Shown here: piece after piece, positions 13,478 to 27,939 of the stretch
Layout: each line of letters begins with the position of its first letter
Numbering within the stretch: position 1 is the first letter of the stretch
DNA from: the human T2T-CHM13v2.0 reference genome, Homo sapiens
DNA length: 64,000 nucleotides
Reading direction: 5' to 3' (one strand)
Assembly (NCBI RefSeq): GCF_009914755.1
Contig: NC_060936.1
Notes under the pieces: model-generated
Seen by the model: only the letters and a program-made list of their open reading frames with translations
What the model was told of the DNA's origin: nothing
Databases searched by the model: none
Program-made: the position numbers and the translations under genes

Positions 13478-15110
13478 ACTGATTAGTCAGGCACTACTGG
13501 GGCAACCTACTTTCAGACAGTATTCAAGGCCCTATACGGATACCAAGAGAATATCCAGGTTTGAGTAGTTCCCAGTCTTTCATGTGTCATAAGACAAGTA
13601 CACACTATAACACAAGGTAGACTATAAAATTCATAGTAAGACACAAAGTGCTACCAAAGGAGTTCAAAGTAGAGACACTGACCATCAGAAACTGAGCTGT
13701 CCAAATGCTTTCCAAACTGATGGTCAATCTCTCTACTTTGAAGTCCTTTGGTAGCACTGAGGTTGCTTTGAAAAACAGGGAGTGAAAGGAGAGCATTTTA
13801 GGTGGAACAAAGGGCTAGAGGGGGGAATGTGGAGGGCATGTCTAAAAAAAGCAAACCTCATAGTCTGGTTCAGTTCTAGCACCCACTAGGGATCAGGGAA
13901 TTCTCGGAAAAGAGTCTGAGGACTTTTCATTTCTATTTACCTGGCATGAAAACTGACAGAGAGTTTTCGAATAGGGCAGTAATATGGTCAGAGTTGTCTT
14001 TATAAAGACCATCAGTGAATATGGAAGGGGTGGGAGTAGGTCGAGACTGAATATGGGGAGACAAGATGGAAGGTCAGAGTTAGTGTCTAAAGAGAGTTTT
14101 CTGATAAGACAGTTTTATAGGAAACAAAGAAATAAAATACCTTTGCCCTGGTCAAATATTATGCTGAATTACATGTTAATAACACATATTTATTAAGTGC
14201 CAACACCATGCTTAGGCTAGCAGCTCTCAAACCTTTCTGACCATGTATAGGAAGAAACAAATTTCCTCCCCCAATCCATTTTCACAAATATATTTGGAAA
14301 CAAAGGTTTTTATAAAACAATACTTCAGCCAATTCACTCTGCTGTTTGTCTACTCTATTTTTTTTTCTTAATTTTAGACCAGCCACTAAATTATTTATCA
14401 CTTGAAAAAACACTTCTTTAGGTACCACGAGATAGGTAGGAGGAATACAATACAGTAGCTATCCAAGTCTTTTAAAAGATTATATCTGTCAAGAGAAGGA
14501 AAAACAGGCACAAACACAAATGACTACAAGACAAGGTAGGGAAATCGTGGAGTTTTGGATCTGGAAGGGACCCAAGAAGACATTTTATCTTAACATTTCT
14601 TGTAATCAGTGGGAAAGCAAAGCTCAGCAATATTAACTAATTCAACAGCACAAAGCAAGTTAGTGCTGCAGACCCAAGATAAGCAGAGCCTCTTGGAGAG
14701 GTCCTAGGACCTTCTTATGTTGCTAATTTTTTTAAGCATAATTTTTTAAAGTGTGTTGTATTTTAATTTTATTTCATTTGCATTGAGTAAATAATGCTTT
14801 AAATACATATACCACAAATACTACTCAGAAGTTCTATTCATTTGATAAGCGTAGCATTTCTTTAAATATTCATTTATAGTATATTATCAGTGGTGTGAAG
14901 TGGCAATGGGACACACATTTAAAGTTATATAAGAAATGGCTTATTTCAGTCCAGTCAGTGGATCTCTGTGACTGAATTCTCTCTCCTTTAAAGATAGTAT
15001 CAAAGGTATACATTTGAGGCTGTTAGGTCCTTCAGAAATAAGCACTAGTCAACTGGACCAACAAAATCCTTATCCCCAAATCCCCATCTCCATCATAGTA
15101 CCCAGCAGGG

Positions 15111-15247
15111 GGCTGGGTACTATGGCACACCCCTGTAGTTCCAGCTACTCAGGAGGGTGACGCAGGAGGATTGCTTGAGCCTAGGAGTTCAAGGCCAGCC
15201 TTGGCAATAAACCATCTCTAAAAAAGAAAAAAAAGAAAAAGAAAAAA
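15111..15247 (+). mobile_element. FLAM / Alu monomer
   Basis: Single Alu arm plus A-rich tail. Confidence 0.85.
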
Positions 15248-16147
15248 GGGCAAAGGTATATTGAGTCCCAGTTCTACTCACCAGTCTCAGATATGATCAG
15301 CTCCTCAAAATACTGTGCTCTTTGGAGTCACATTGTTGTTTTTGCATTTTTCATTTTGTCCTTTAGTATATGAGGTTATGGCTTTGATGTGGCTGCCAAA
15401 AAAATACTGAATCACATGTTTCAGGTACCACATCTTGTTGGTCTTTTGCACAATTTTTCACCTTGGCTATCTTCTACTTAGAAAAATATTATAAAGTAAA
15501 CTTCTAAAATTTTACCAGTTAATAATGTCAGAATTTTCCATTAAATAACCCATGTTAATGTCCTTCATACTAATCTCTCTTTGTTTTCAATTTTTTTAAG
15601 CATTGCTCTATTAAATCATGTTAAATTAAGGTACTCTATCCTTTTCTGGTAGAGTTTAGAAAAAATTGATTGTGATAGTCTACATTCTTATTTGACAAAT
15701 TTAGTAAGAAAGTTGGGTATTTTGAGGTATAGTTGCAACAGAAATATTCTAATGTTTATCTAATCTATTTTATCTTACAAAGAATAGTTGTAAAACTCGT
15801 GACAGTCACATTTTGACATTACAATTTTTTGCAAATTATCATATGGTGTTAGCATTTGCTTAAAAATTGTTTAAAGGACAGTTTTATATATATGTACATA
15901 TGGTATAAGCTATTAAATTGTTTATTGTAAAGTAGGTAATTTATTACATTTCTTTTTAGGCACTTTTGCCAACATTTTAATTAGAAATTTATAGATATTT
16001 TTTGCAAAATATAACAAAACAAAGTTGTTTACAGTTGCTTTTGATATTTGTGGTTTAAACATAGTTGTATTGCATTTTTTTAACAACTAAATGACTTCCA
16101 CATGAAGAGGTATGCTCACTCTCTCTCCTCTCCATTGAAACCCACAG

Positions 16148-16219
16148 ACGTCTTGCGGGAAACGCTCTGACATACATTCCCAAGGGAGCATTCACTGGCC
16201 TTTACAGTCTTAAAGTTCT
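16148..16219 (+). CDS. LGR5: LGR5 coding exon 3 (72 nt, one LRR: RLAGNALTYIPKGAFTGLYSLKVL)
   Basis: cccacag|A...GTTCT|gtaagt; translation matches recalled human LGR5; phase 2/2. Confidence 0.97.
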
Positions 16220-19020
16220 GTAAGTAAACTGAGTGTTGTTGGATATATTTCTGATTTTAGTGTCAAATGGCTGCTAATTAACTTGTAAAAGCTGAGTGTC
16301 TCTAATACACTATTTAAATCCATGGGATAATTCATCTAAATTCAAGTTTACTTCATTGGTACCATACAGCCATATCACACTTGGCTAAATTTGTATGTGA
16401 AAAAAAATTCATCTCTCCTTTTCTAATTTTAATATCTAAAATTTTTGCCTTTAAATAACTACCTTATCAACTCAGACTTTTAAAAGAGTATTTCCCTTTC
16501 CCTTTGTGTTATGAAATTGGGGTGCGTGTCTTCAAAAGCATTTTGATGACAGGATGAATAAATCACTGTGATGCTGACATAATGAGACCACAGCTTCAAA
16601 CCGGTTTCAAAGGGGAGTGAATAAGCATCAGCTAAAAAAACCAAGTTTGTGTTCCACCTGTGAATAGATAGGGTAAAGCCTAGTGTAGAGCAGATACACT
16701 GAACAGTTGTTTATTTGTTAATTCATTGAAAATTGTAAATATGAGGTTTCTCATTATTTAATGTCCAATTTCTCAATTTGTTTATCAGAAAAATCATTAT
16801 TATTGAATACTTCCTTCTTCTGGTACCCATTGTTTAATTTTCTTTTAGTTTGTTCTGTGTAGAAAAAAGAGGCACTTACGTAGATAAAACAGATAATGCA
16901 AGGAAAAGTTTATCTCAGAAAAAAAATCCTGATTTTCTTTCTTTGACATAAAAGTTATTAACTTTGATATATTTCTGCTTATTGAAAATTACATTTCAGT
17001 GACCTAAAAGACACATAGGTTAAAAAAACAGTTTATTCAATTTAATATTTTGTTAAAAGTGAAATTCAACAGCAGAACCGTTATTTGATCGCCTTAGGAG
17101 ATTGGGTTTGGTTTCCCTTCCTCTCTTTGAATTTTTTTCTTTTCTTTCTTTTTTTTTTTGCTACTAAGAAGAAATGCTTTTAAGTTGTCATGTTGCCAAA
17201 TCCTAATAGTAATTCCTTATGTGGTAAAATTCAGAGTTGTAGCACCAGCTCCGATGCATATAGTTTCACAAACCCCCCAAAAAAATTTGGAACCATTCAA
17301 AATGTATCGTGAGAGTCAAGTTTAGATAAGACAACTAAAGTGATTTTTTTTCCCATGTTGAGCTATGTACCACTAAGTATTTGGGATACTTGTGAAATAA
17401 ATTTTACTAGAATCAAGTATTTTAATTCACTTAACAAAGTGTATATTGGATATATAAGCCAGTGTGTGTGTATCTCCAGACATCAAATTATACTTTAATT
17501 ATAAATGAGTAAAATGAATACATTTAAATTAATATGGATATATATGAATTATATATAAGCTAGTTATTATAATTACATATAATTATAATTTTAAATCCTT
17601 GAATTCTTAAATATGAATTATACAAGTCTTATACTAATTTTTCTATCATATTTTTATATTTTATATTAATAGTTATACCATTATATATTTCTAATTGTAT
17701 TCACTAGTGCATTACTAGAGAATGTTTGTTTCCCACAATGCACTAAAGATCTATGAAATTAGAGATGTCATCTGTCTTGGTCACTGGTATATCCCCAGCT
17801 CCTAGAACACTTCCTTACTTAGAGTAGACATTCAATAAATATTTGTTGAATTAATGATTCAGGCTGATGATCTAGAGAGAATAAGGGAGTTCTAGATTTT
17901 TCAACTTTTTCTTCATTTTTGTATGATATTGACCCAATGCTGTATGTTTATTAATGGAATATCTATTGTGTATTAAACAAAAAAGTTGTGCCTTCATATC
18001 TGATATGTACTTTTACCTACAAAGAGGCTTTTTACCCAGAATGCTCCTGCACACACTTTGCTGCTTCTTAAGGTGCATTTTACCTGAAGACTCCAGAGTG
18101 GAGTGGATTAATATGATTCAAAAATGAGAAGCATAGATTATTTCTCATGCTAACTATTAAAATGTACCCTTTCCATCAGAAAAAAAAAAATGGTATTTAG
18201 ACCCTCTCTTTTATCCACTCCTACTAACCAATGTTTCCTGTCTCCTGTACAGTCAAGGGTTCAGCAAAGCCTAGTGCGTGTGATACTCAAATTAGCATTA
18301 AACAAATTATTACTAGAAATATAAAGATCAATAAATATTGTTCATGCCCTTGAAGAGTTTATAATCTAGTGACAGACTGTGGGACCAAGATAGTGGGACG
18401 AAGACAGAAAAACAGAGATCACTTCTGATTTTTGTGGAAAGTGTATCTAGATATCTGTGCAGGGTACTGTGAAACTACAGAGGTTGGGGAGTTGATGTCG
18501 TCCCATCTGGTGGCTCAGATTTGGCTTCCTAGGAGAGAGGCTTTCCCAGAGATGACCCAGGAGCTGAATCTTGAAGCACAACTAGGAATTAGCCACCCAA
18601 ATAAGATGGCCGACTGAGGGGACAATACGTACAGCAACACAGAGTCAGAAAGGACCTGGGATGAACAGGTAGCTCCAAGCAGGTTAGTACTTGAGCATTC
18701 AGGAGAAGCTACAGAGCATTTGGAGAAGAGCTTGTAAAGACAGAAGGAGTCCCAGTTGCAGGGATCCCATATGTTAAGTCATATGGGTGGACATTATGAG
18801 GAGGCATGATGAGGAGTCAAGGAAAAGATGTACATAAGTGAGGGAAGGCCATGTTCAGACTTTGCACTATAGCTGGGTCCCTGTCAGTGTGAGGAGAGTT
18901 CAAGAGGAACAAGATCCTGCCAGAAATTGTGTTCACTCTTCTTTTTACTTTGCTGACCTAAAGACTAATATTCAATGAATGGACTCAAATTGTCAAATAT
19001 TTTTAAAGTATTTTGGTTTT

Positions 19021-19529
19021 TGTCTTAGGTTGTTTGTGCTATGATAACGGAATACCGCAAACTGGGTAATTTATAAAGAAGAGAAGTTTATTTCTCACAG
19101 TTCTGGAGGCTGGGAAGTCCAAGATCAAGGTGCTGACATCTGGTGAGGGCTGCTTTCTGCTTCCAAGATGGCATCTTGAGAGCCAAATCCTCTGGAGGAT
19201 AGGAATGCTGTGTCTTCCTATGGCAGAAGGTGGAAAGGCAAAAAAGGAATAAACTTCTTCCAACAAGGCTTTTTATGATGGAATTAATCTATTTCATATG
19301 ATTGTACTCCAAACATTTTTAAGGCGATAATACAAAATATTTATAAAGCAAACTTTTGAGGAAATTCATTGAGATCACCATTTCTTATTTTTCTGCTAAT
19401 TTAATTAAAACATCTCCCAAAGGCTCTACCCAACACCTCCCAAAGGTCCCCACCTCCCAACACTATTGCATTGGGGATTAAGTTTCAACATGAATTTTTG
19501 GAGAGGACAAAAACATTCAAACCATAACA
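19021..19529 (-). mobile_element. MST-type (MaLR) solo LTR carrying an internal foreign insert
   Basis: aactgggtaatttataaag...cacagttctggaggctgggaagtccaagatcaagg...aacattcaaaccataaca. Confidence 0.85.
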
Positions 19530-19911
19530 GCATTAGAATAATTTTTCTCAGCAATGTTGGTTCTGCCTGTTACAGAGTGTTTTGGAAATTTGTGGGAGCA
19601 TCTTTGGTTGTCCAGATGATTGGCGTGTAGCAAGCTGTCCTGCAATGTGCTGCACAGCCCAGCATAAAGAATTCTCCCTTATTCTGGCTTCTTACTGTCC
19701 CTCCATACCAACTATAAATCAGTACTTTAATGTGTAATTGTATTGAAACGTTTTATAAGATGTTCTGCATATGCTTAATAATTTGCACAGGAAAAATTAA
19801 ATGGAATAAACAGTTTCTCTCAAGATAAATAAGTAACTTAGTTTATACATCCTGTCTATTCCTGATATTTTAAGATTTCTAGCCACACATTTAGTTTAAA
19901 ATCGTGTTCGT

Positions 19912-20222
19912 AGCTGGGCACGGTGGCTCATGCCTGTATAATCCTAGCACTTTGGGAGGCAGAGGTGACTGAATTACTTGAGCTCAGGAGTTCAAGACCA
20001 GCCTGGGCAGCATGGCAAAACCCCATCTCTACAAAAAATACAAAAATTAGCCTGGCATGGTGGCGAACACCTGTGGTCCCAGCTACTCAGGAGGCTGAGG
20101 TGGGAGGGAGGATTTCATGAGCCTAGGAGGTTGGGGCTACAGTGAGCCAAGATTGCACCACTATACTGTAGCCTGGGCAACAGAGCAAGACCTGTCTCAA
20201 AAAATATATAAATAAAATAAAA
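19912..20222 (+). mobile_element. AluJ-type SINE
   Basis: Diverged dimeric Alu. Confidence 0.92.
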
Positions 20223-20923
20223 TAGTGTTAGTGCAGTAGAAGAATTACCTCAAAAGCCACAAACCAAATTAAAAATATATAGCCATGGAAATGTGCAACC
20301 TTTTTAAAATAACTATCATTAAATTACCAGAGTAACAAGAAACACAGGATCTCATTGAATTTCATCAACAAAGTTTGCTTTATAAATATTTTGTATTATT
20401 GCCTTTTAAAGTTTTTAGAGCACAATCATATGAAATTTATGTTGTGATAATTATATAATGATTTATTTATCTGAGGGTGGCCAGCTTGTTGCTTTTTTAA
20501 TCTTACTGTTTTACTGCCTAGCAAAGTCTACCACCCAACTTCTGAGAAGGCAGTTTTGTGACTATTTCTTTGTCCAATTCAGCCTCAATTCTCTGTTGCC
20601 TATGGAGGGATCTCCAGGGCCTTTTAAAGTACTGGGGAATTAATGCTTGCTTCAGAATGTTATGGAATTTTGAGACAGGATAAATATTCTCTGTGATATT
20701 TCCACACTATCTTACCCTAACACATAGAGAATTATTTTGACACTATTCATCTGTAAGGAACACTCACTTGGGAGAATATTCATGCTCAATTGTGAGTGTC
20801 ACACTTCCTGATTTTCTCCACTATGACGTTTGTAATTTGATTGGCATGTTATATTTATTTTAATAAAGGTTATTTCCTTCTTTCCCTTATAATATATAAC
20901 AAGTATGATCTGTTATTACATAT

Positions 20924-21280
20924 CGTATTAGTCCATTTTCACACTGCTGTAAAGAACTACCTGAGACTGGGTAATTTATAAAGAAAAGAGCTTTAATTGG
21001 CTCACAGTTCTGCATGGCTGGGGAGGCCTCGGGAAACTTACAATCATGGCAGAAGCAGCAAGGTATGTCCTACATGGCATCAGGAGAGAGAGAGCGAGGG
21101 GGGATCTGCCACACACTCTTAAACCATCAGATCTCGTGAGAACTCACTCACTATCATGAGAACAGCATGGCAGAAAGCGCCCCCATGATTCAATCACCTC
21201 CCACCAGGTCCCTCCCCCGACCTGTGAGGATTACAATTTGACATGAAATTTGGGTGGGGACACAAAGCCAAACCATATCA
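20924..21280 (-). mobile_element. MSTA/THE1-type solo LTR
   Basis: gtattagtccattttcacactgct...ggggacacaaagccaaaccatatca. Confidence 0.9.
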
Positions 21281-21411
21281 GTGTCTCAACTAGTTTTTAT
21301 TCTAGTATCCATCTAGATCTCTACTCTCATGTTCCCATTCTCATACAGAATGGCTTTTGATCACGTTATTTTTCTCACACCCAACCTTATTCTTTAAAAG
21401 TAGAGGCAAAT

Positions 21412-21734
<323 letters not shown>

Positions 21735-23323
21735 TCATAAAAATGTTTCCTGAGGTAGTTGCATATGAGCATCATGTATATAATGACACTTACATCATCT
21801 TACTATAAATTACTTTTCTTATATTTCTTCTTTATAATACATTTAGGGCACAACAATAAAGTATATTGATTTTTTCTTTGAAATAATGTGTGTAAATAGG
21901 CTATAATTCTATGAATTTTACTTAAGTATAATAGAAGTGGCATTACAAAATATTTGTTATTAAAGGGAACGTTGAATCCAATATAGTTGAGAACCACAGT
22001 GCTAGAGGTAAAATGCTGAACAAGATAGTCCTGTCCCCTACTCTCATGAAAACTCTCTTAACTGTTTTATAAAGTCCAAAAGTGGTTGGAGAAAAGAAAT
22101 AACTACTGGTATTGTGATATGGTGAGAAAGATAATGTGAGAGTAATATTTGTCTGGGGCCCTGACCTGAGTAAGGATGGTAAAGAGGGCATATGGACAAA
22201 GAAGAGAAAAATAATCTTGATCCAGTCTATTAAGATGGAGAATGAAGACAGCAGCAGCCATCCTTGGCTAGGTCTGTTTTACATTTACTGTGAATGCTAA
22301 AACATCACTAATATTTAAAGTTATTTTTCCTGTAAATATTGGCCCTAATAAAAAAAATAAGTAATTGGTTCTGTATGGCAAAATACCCAGTCCGTGGAAT
22401 TCTGAACCAGGCTGTCCTCAACAAAGGTTCATTTTCTAGTGTAAGCCATTCCATCAAAGAATGGCTCATCCTTCTGCCACTCAACACCAAAACCAAAGCC
22501 ACATGGAGGTGATGGGTAAAACTAACCATAGAAAAGTCACAATTAGGCAGAATTCCCCTGTTCTCATGTAGACCCAGAATAGAGCCTTGATGGTTACTTG
22601 ATATCTACACAGAGGACAAATAGGCCAAGGGAATACCTAAGAATTGAGCCATCAGTTGTAACCAAGTTCCCACTCAGCAGGTTATTTAATCTCCCTCTCC
22701 TTCACTGTACCTGTTCTTACTTAGTCCTGTTGGGAAAAAAAAAAAAAAAAAGTGGGGGAGGGACCAAAAAATTGTGTAGAGTAGCATGGGGATGCTGTAT
22801 GAAATAGTGATTATTTTAAAGCTCCTGGGGCAAAGAAATTAAGAAAATATAGAAGTCATCTTTTGTCTCTAGAGAAAGTATTCCATTTGCTTTTCCTAAT
22901 CATATGTGAATGATAAAAATGAAGTTTTAAGTGCCTACACCTATATTCAGTATCTTTATATTGCATGTACTCAGTAAGGAGTATTTTCAAAAGAAATCAG
23001 CAGCCATGTGTAAATGTTTTGTTTCAATTGCACCCCCTAGCACTATAAACCTTGTAATTGTTTTCCCTCCCATTGGAATATCTTAAACAAAAACAGAATG
23101 TTCTAATTAACCCACTGGAGACTTATAATGATATAATAAAGATAACTTGCTCTTGTTTTGTCATTTGAAAGTAATTAAACAAAAGTTCCTTATTTAGGGA
23201 GTGATCAGGGCTTAAATTGTTTTTTTGTTTTTTAAGTTATATTCTTGGTGTTTTACTGGTAGACGTAGTTGAAAATTTAAATCATTAGGAGGTAACGTGG
23301 GGGTAGCTTTAAAAGTTATCATC

Positions 23324-23640
<317 letters not shown>

Positions 23641-24535
23641 TTAAGTTCCATTATCTGAAGAAAGATATATAAAGCAGCAGAGAAAGTTCGCAACTATTCA
23701 ATGACAAAAAGCTATCTGAAACTCTCATCTTCCACCTCAATTTTTCAGATATTTTAGGGAAATCATATTTTAAGAGTTCCACTGTTTGGTTAGTAAGGCA
23801 AAGGACAATGCAATACATACCTTGTACCAGTAATATATTATTTATTAATAAAAAGTTTAGACATCAATTAATTCTATTATCTTTATCTTATTTAAATGTA
23901 ACACAAAAGTAAAGAAATACTTAGAAAACATTTTTGTGAACTTAAAATTGGATGATGGATTGAAACTGCTTGGGAAAATGTAAAATAACAAAAATGTAAA
24001 ATAACAATAAAATAACACAGAAATCCAAACTTTTAATATTCAGATAAATTATGCAAAACATAGAATTCAAGTTTCAATTCTCCTAATTCCCTAACTGGTA
24101 AGTGAAGTGTGGGGATCTTCCTAAAACTCACCTTTATTCCTAAGGAACCAATACATTTGAGACTCTTGATTTATGAAATTTTAATTGAATCTAAATTTAA
24201 CATAATGAAATTAGTTGAGTAGAACTATTGTAATACAAACGTAATTACGTTCCTTAGAAAAAACTCTCAGGCATGGTGTTAAAGGCATAATTTTTATGAT
24301 CTCCAAATATTTTTCAAGTCTTGTTTGTATATGAGCACGTATTTATATACATAAAAGTACTATAAATACTTTCATATTTTAATCCTCCAACACCTTTTCA
24401 ACCAGATGATATTATTCCCATTATACAGATAAAAGACCAAGGGTCAGGAGGTTAAATGAGTTTCCTCTCCAAGACTAAAAGCTTAGGTCTTGTCTCCAAA
24501 CCCAGTGCAGCTCTTCCTCAAGTTCAAATGAAGAT

Positions 24536-24603
24536 TTTTTTTTTTTTTGAGACAGGGTCTCATTTTGTCCAGAGTAGGTAGGACTATAAGTACATGCAAC
24601 CAC
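24536..24603 (-). mobile_element. Internally deleted antisense Alu remnant
   Basis: poly(T)-gagacagggtctc joined almost directly to gagtagg-taggactata...accac. Confidence 0.65.
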
Positions 24604-24647
24604 TCTCACTTCCCCAAGTGAAAATATCCTATTAGAAATGTTTAGAT

Positions 24648-24790
24648 AGCTAGGTGTAGTAACTCACACCTGTAGACCAGGCTACTCTAAAGGCTGAGGC
24701 GGGAGGATCCCTTGAGCTCAGGAGTTCGAGTCCAGTCCTGGGCAACAAAGCAAGATTCTCCTACCCTTCGTTTCTAAATAAATAAATACA
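24648..24790 (+). mobile_element. FLAM / Alu monomer
   Basis: Single arm with (taaa)n tail. Confidence 0.8.
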
Positions 24791-24792
24791 TA

Positions 24793-25108
<316 letters not shown>

Positions 25109-25139
25109 CTAAATACATAAATATTTAGCACAGCATGGG

Positions 25140-25324
25140 GTAGTTCTCAGTGTGTGGTGCCCTGCTCAGCAGTATTGGCGTCACCTGAGAGCTTGTTACA
25201 AGTGTGAATTTCCTGGCCCTTCCTCAGACCTACTAAACCAGAAACTTTGGGATGGGGCCCAGCATTCTGTTTTAACAAACCTTCCAATGGCTTCTGATGA
25301 ACCCTAAAGTTTGACAACCAATGG
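25140..25324. mobile_element. MER5A DNA transposon
   Basis: gttctcagtgtgtgg...cagacctactaaaccagaaact...ctgttttaacaa...aaagtttgacaacca. Confidence 0.8.
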
Positions 25325-26853
25325 CATAGAGTTTTCTTTTTCTCTGGCTCATTAAATTGTCAAACCCAGTACAAAAATTATTAGTTTCGAGAAAGGGCCT
25401 ATTAATGTACATTAAAAGGGCCAATTTTTACTGAATGCTTATCATGTAGCAAGCATTGTTCTATGAACCTTCACTCATTGAATCATCACAATGAGCCCTG
25501 CAAGGTAGGTGTTATTACTGATCGCTGAGGCATAGAGAGATTTGGTGATTTTCCAATCTCTAGTGGCAGAGAAGAGGTGGTCAGATTTGAGAATCCATAT
25601 TCTTAACCATACCGTTCACATGCAATCTGAGAATTTACACAGTCAGCACATATGCCTCAAGAGAATGCTGCCTGGTGCACTGGAAAACACACCAAGCTTT
25701 GGAGTTAGACACACCTGGGTGGAATTCCAGCTAGTCAAGTAGTGAACAGAAAGAAACTTCCTTTGCAGAGATGAAAGAACCAGGCAGATTGTTTCTGAAA
25801 CACAAATACAAGTTTGCAACTTAATAAGTAGAAATATTTCTTTAAAACTTCTGCTTTCCTAAAATAGTCTTCTGCCTCAGGCTTACATGGACTACAAAAT
25901 ACTGGGAGAAAAAAAAATGTGCTGCAGAATTCTTGTGTTATAAACATTTATGAATAAGGTAGCAAAATATAAGGAATCTCATGGGAATTTGTTTCCATGC
26001 TATTTCCTCATTAGCAATGATATATTTTTATTTCATAGCTTCCAGGCGTTTCCATTCTGTAGTCCCCATATTATGAAAAACTGTTCAAGATTTTCAAGTG
26101 CAAGTGCAAAAACACAAATACTTCACAAAAAGAATTTAGCTTATATCAAAATAAAGCCATGCAGAGAAGGGAGACAATTTTAGCCTCCTACCATTATCCT
26201 TATTTCCATTTGGTGTAACTTATACAAGTAGCAGATCCTTTAAAAAACATATATAAGAGCATGTCATTTTCCTACATATGCCCTTCAACAGTGGTTTCTC
26301 ATCACACATAAAATAAAGCCTTATGGTGGCTGGCAAAGCCCTCCATGAGATGGTCTCAGGCTCTCTCTCCCAACCTCGAGTCCTCACTCATTCCTCAGAA
26401 ACAGTTGGTCCTTTGCTGCTCCTTTAACAAGTCAAGCAAGCTCCCTCCAGCCTCCAGCCCTTGTACTTACTCTTCTCTTTTCCTTGGTAACTTTTCCCAA
26501 ATATTCACAAGGATTTTCTCCCTGTATTCCTTCTGGTCTCCAGTTAAATATCACCTTTCAGAGAGACCTTCCCTGACCACCTTTAAAATAAAAATCTCAC
26601 CCCCTGATACCATCTATCCCAAATTCATAGTTTTGTTTTTTATTCATAGTACTTATCACTTGTCTCATGTTAATATATTCATTTGTTCATCTTTAATTAT
26701 CTTCACTCTTCACAGGAATTTCAGCTCCCCAAAAGACAAGACTTTGTCTGATGCTCTGTTGTTTTTCTGACACCTGGAACAGTGCCTGGCCTTGTTTAGG
26801 CCTGTTATTGTTCATTTTTTTTAACATTTTTCTTTATTTCTTTTAACATACAG

Positions 26854-26925
26854 TATGCTGCAGAATAATCAGCTAAGACACGTACCCACAGAAGCTCTGC
26901 AGAATTTGCGAAGCCTTCAATCCCT
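26854..26925 (+). CDS. LGR5: LGR5 coding exon 4 (72 nt: MLQNNQLRHVPTEALQNLRSLQSL)
   Basis: polypyrimidine tract + atacag|T...CCCT|gtaagt; LRR consensus; in frame with exons 3 and 5. Confidence 0.97.
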
Positions 26926-27939
26926 GTAAGTATAGTAGACATTGCAAAATATATTTAAGATCAATTTGGGAAGAAGCATTGAAATGTTCAGTTGACCATT
27001 TTAGTATGTTCCTTGGTTGGGAGTCATACCTAAATGTATTGTGAATGAGAGCCCATTAGAGTAACAACTCTTCATAGCCTCATTGAGCAATATGTATGGG
27101 AGGAACCAGTGTTGGAGTTTGGGGTTTTAGGGTGGACATTTAATTGCAACATCTCCAGTCCAAAGCACTACTTCCAAGATCCTGTCCTACATTCCCTTGT
27201 AATATTCTTGCTTCTGAATTCGAATAAGAAATAGTGCTTTCCTTTTACCTAAAAAAAAAAAATAGATGCTGTAATCTAGACATTTTGACATCTTTGATTT
27301 ATTCTGTTTTAGGATTATTTGAGTTGCCTTGTAATCAAGTTTTTTCGAGTCAAATAAAGGCTTACTATTTTAGTACTGCCTATATAATACATTAGGGATC
27401 CTCAAGTCAGGAGCCTAAGATCTACTGGTATATCCTGAAGCTTCCCCATCACAGAACACAGATGTGCAGACATGGCCATAAACAATCCCACAGATACAAA
27501 CATACCTTAGATTCACACACCACACACAGACACATGGACTCACAGAGGTGTTGGTGTTCCCTACTCTGAATCCACAACTTTTCCATCAGGAGTTTCCTAC
27601 CCCCCTACACACACTGATTTAAAACTTCTGAATAAATAAAATTACTCACAAAAGAACATTCTCCCAGCTAAATGTTTTGGAACTTGTATTGTAAGCAGTT
27701 GATTGTAGTGATTACTTGGCAAGTCTATACCACTACTATTTAGTCAGTAAATCTTCCTCCCATTAGAATGTATAAGTGTTTACAATATATTGCATGATGT
27801 CCAATATATCACACGTGTGATATATGCTGTAATTTTACTTACAATGGAGATGCACATCTGCCAAACAAAATACTGGGTTGTAGTTCGTGATGAGGAAGAT
27901 AAATGCATTAAAAGGGCAAATAAATATTGATAAATATTG

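Noticed and set aside
23975-24018. Short tandem duplication aaaatgtaaaataaca
   Set aside because: Ordinary slippage in AT-rich DNA.
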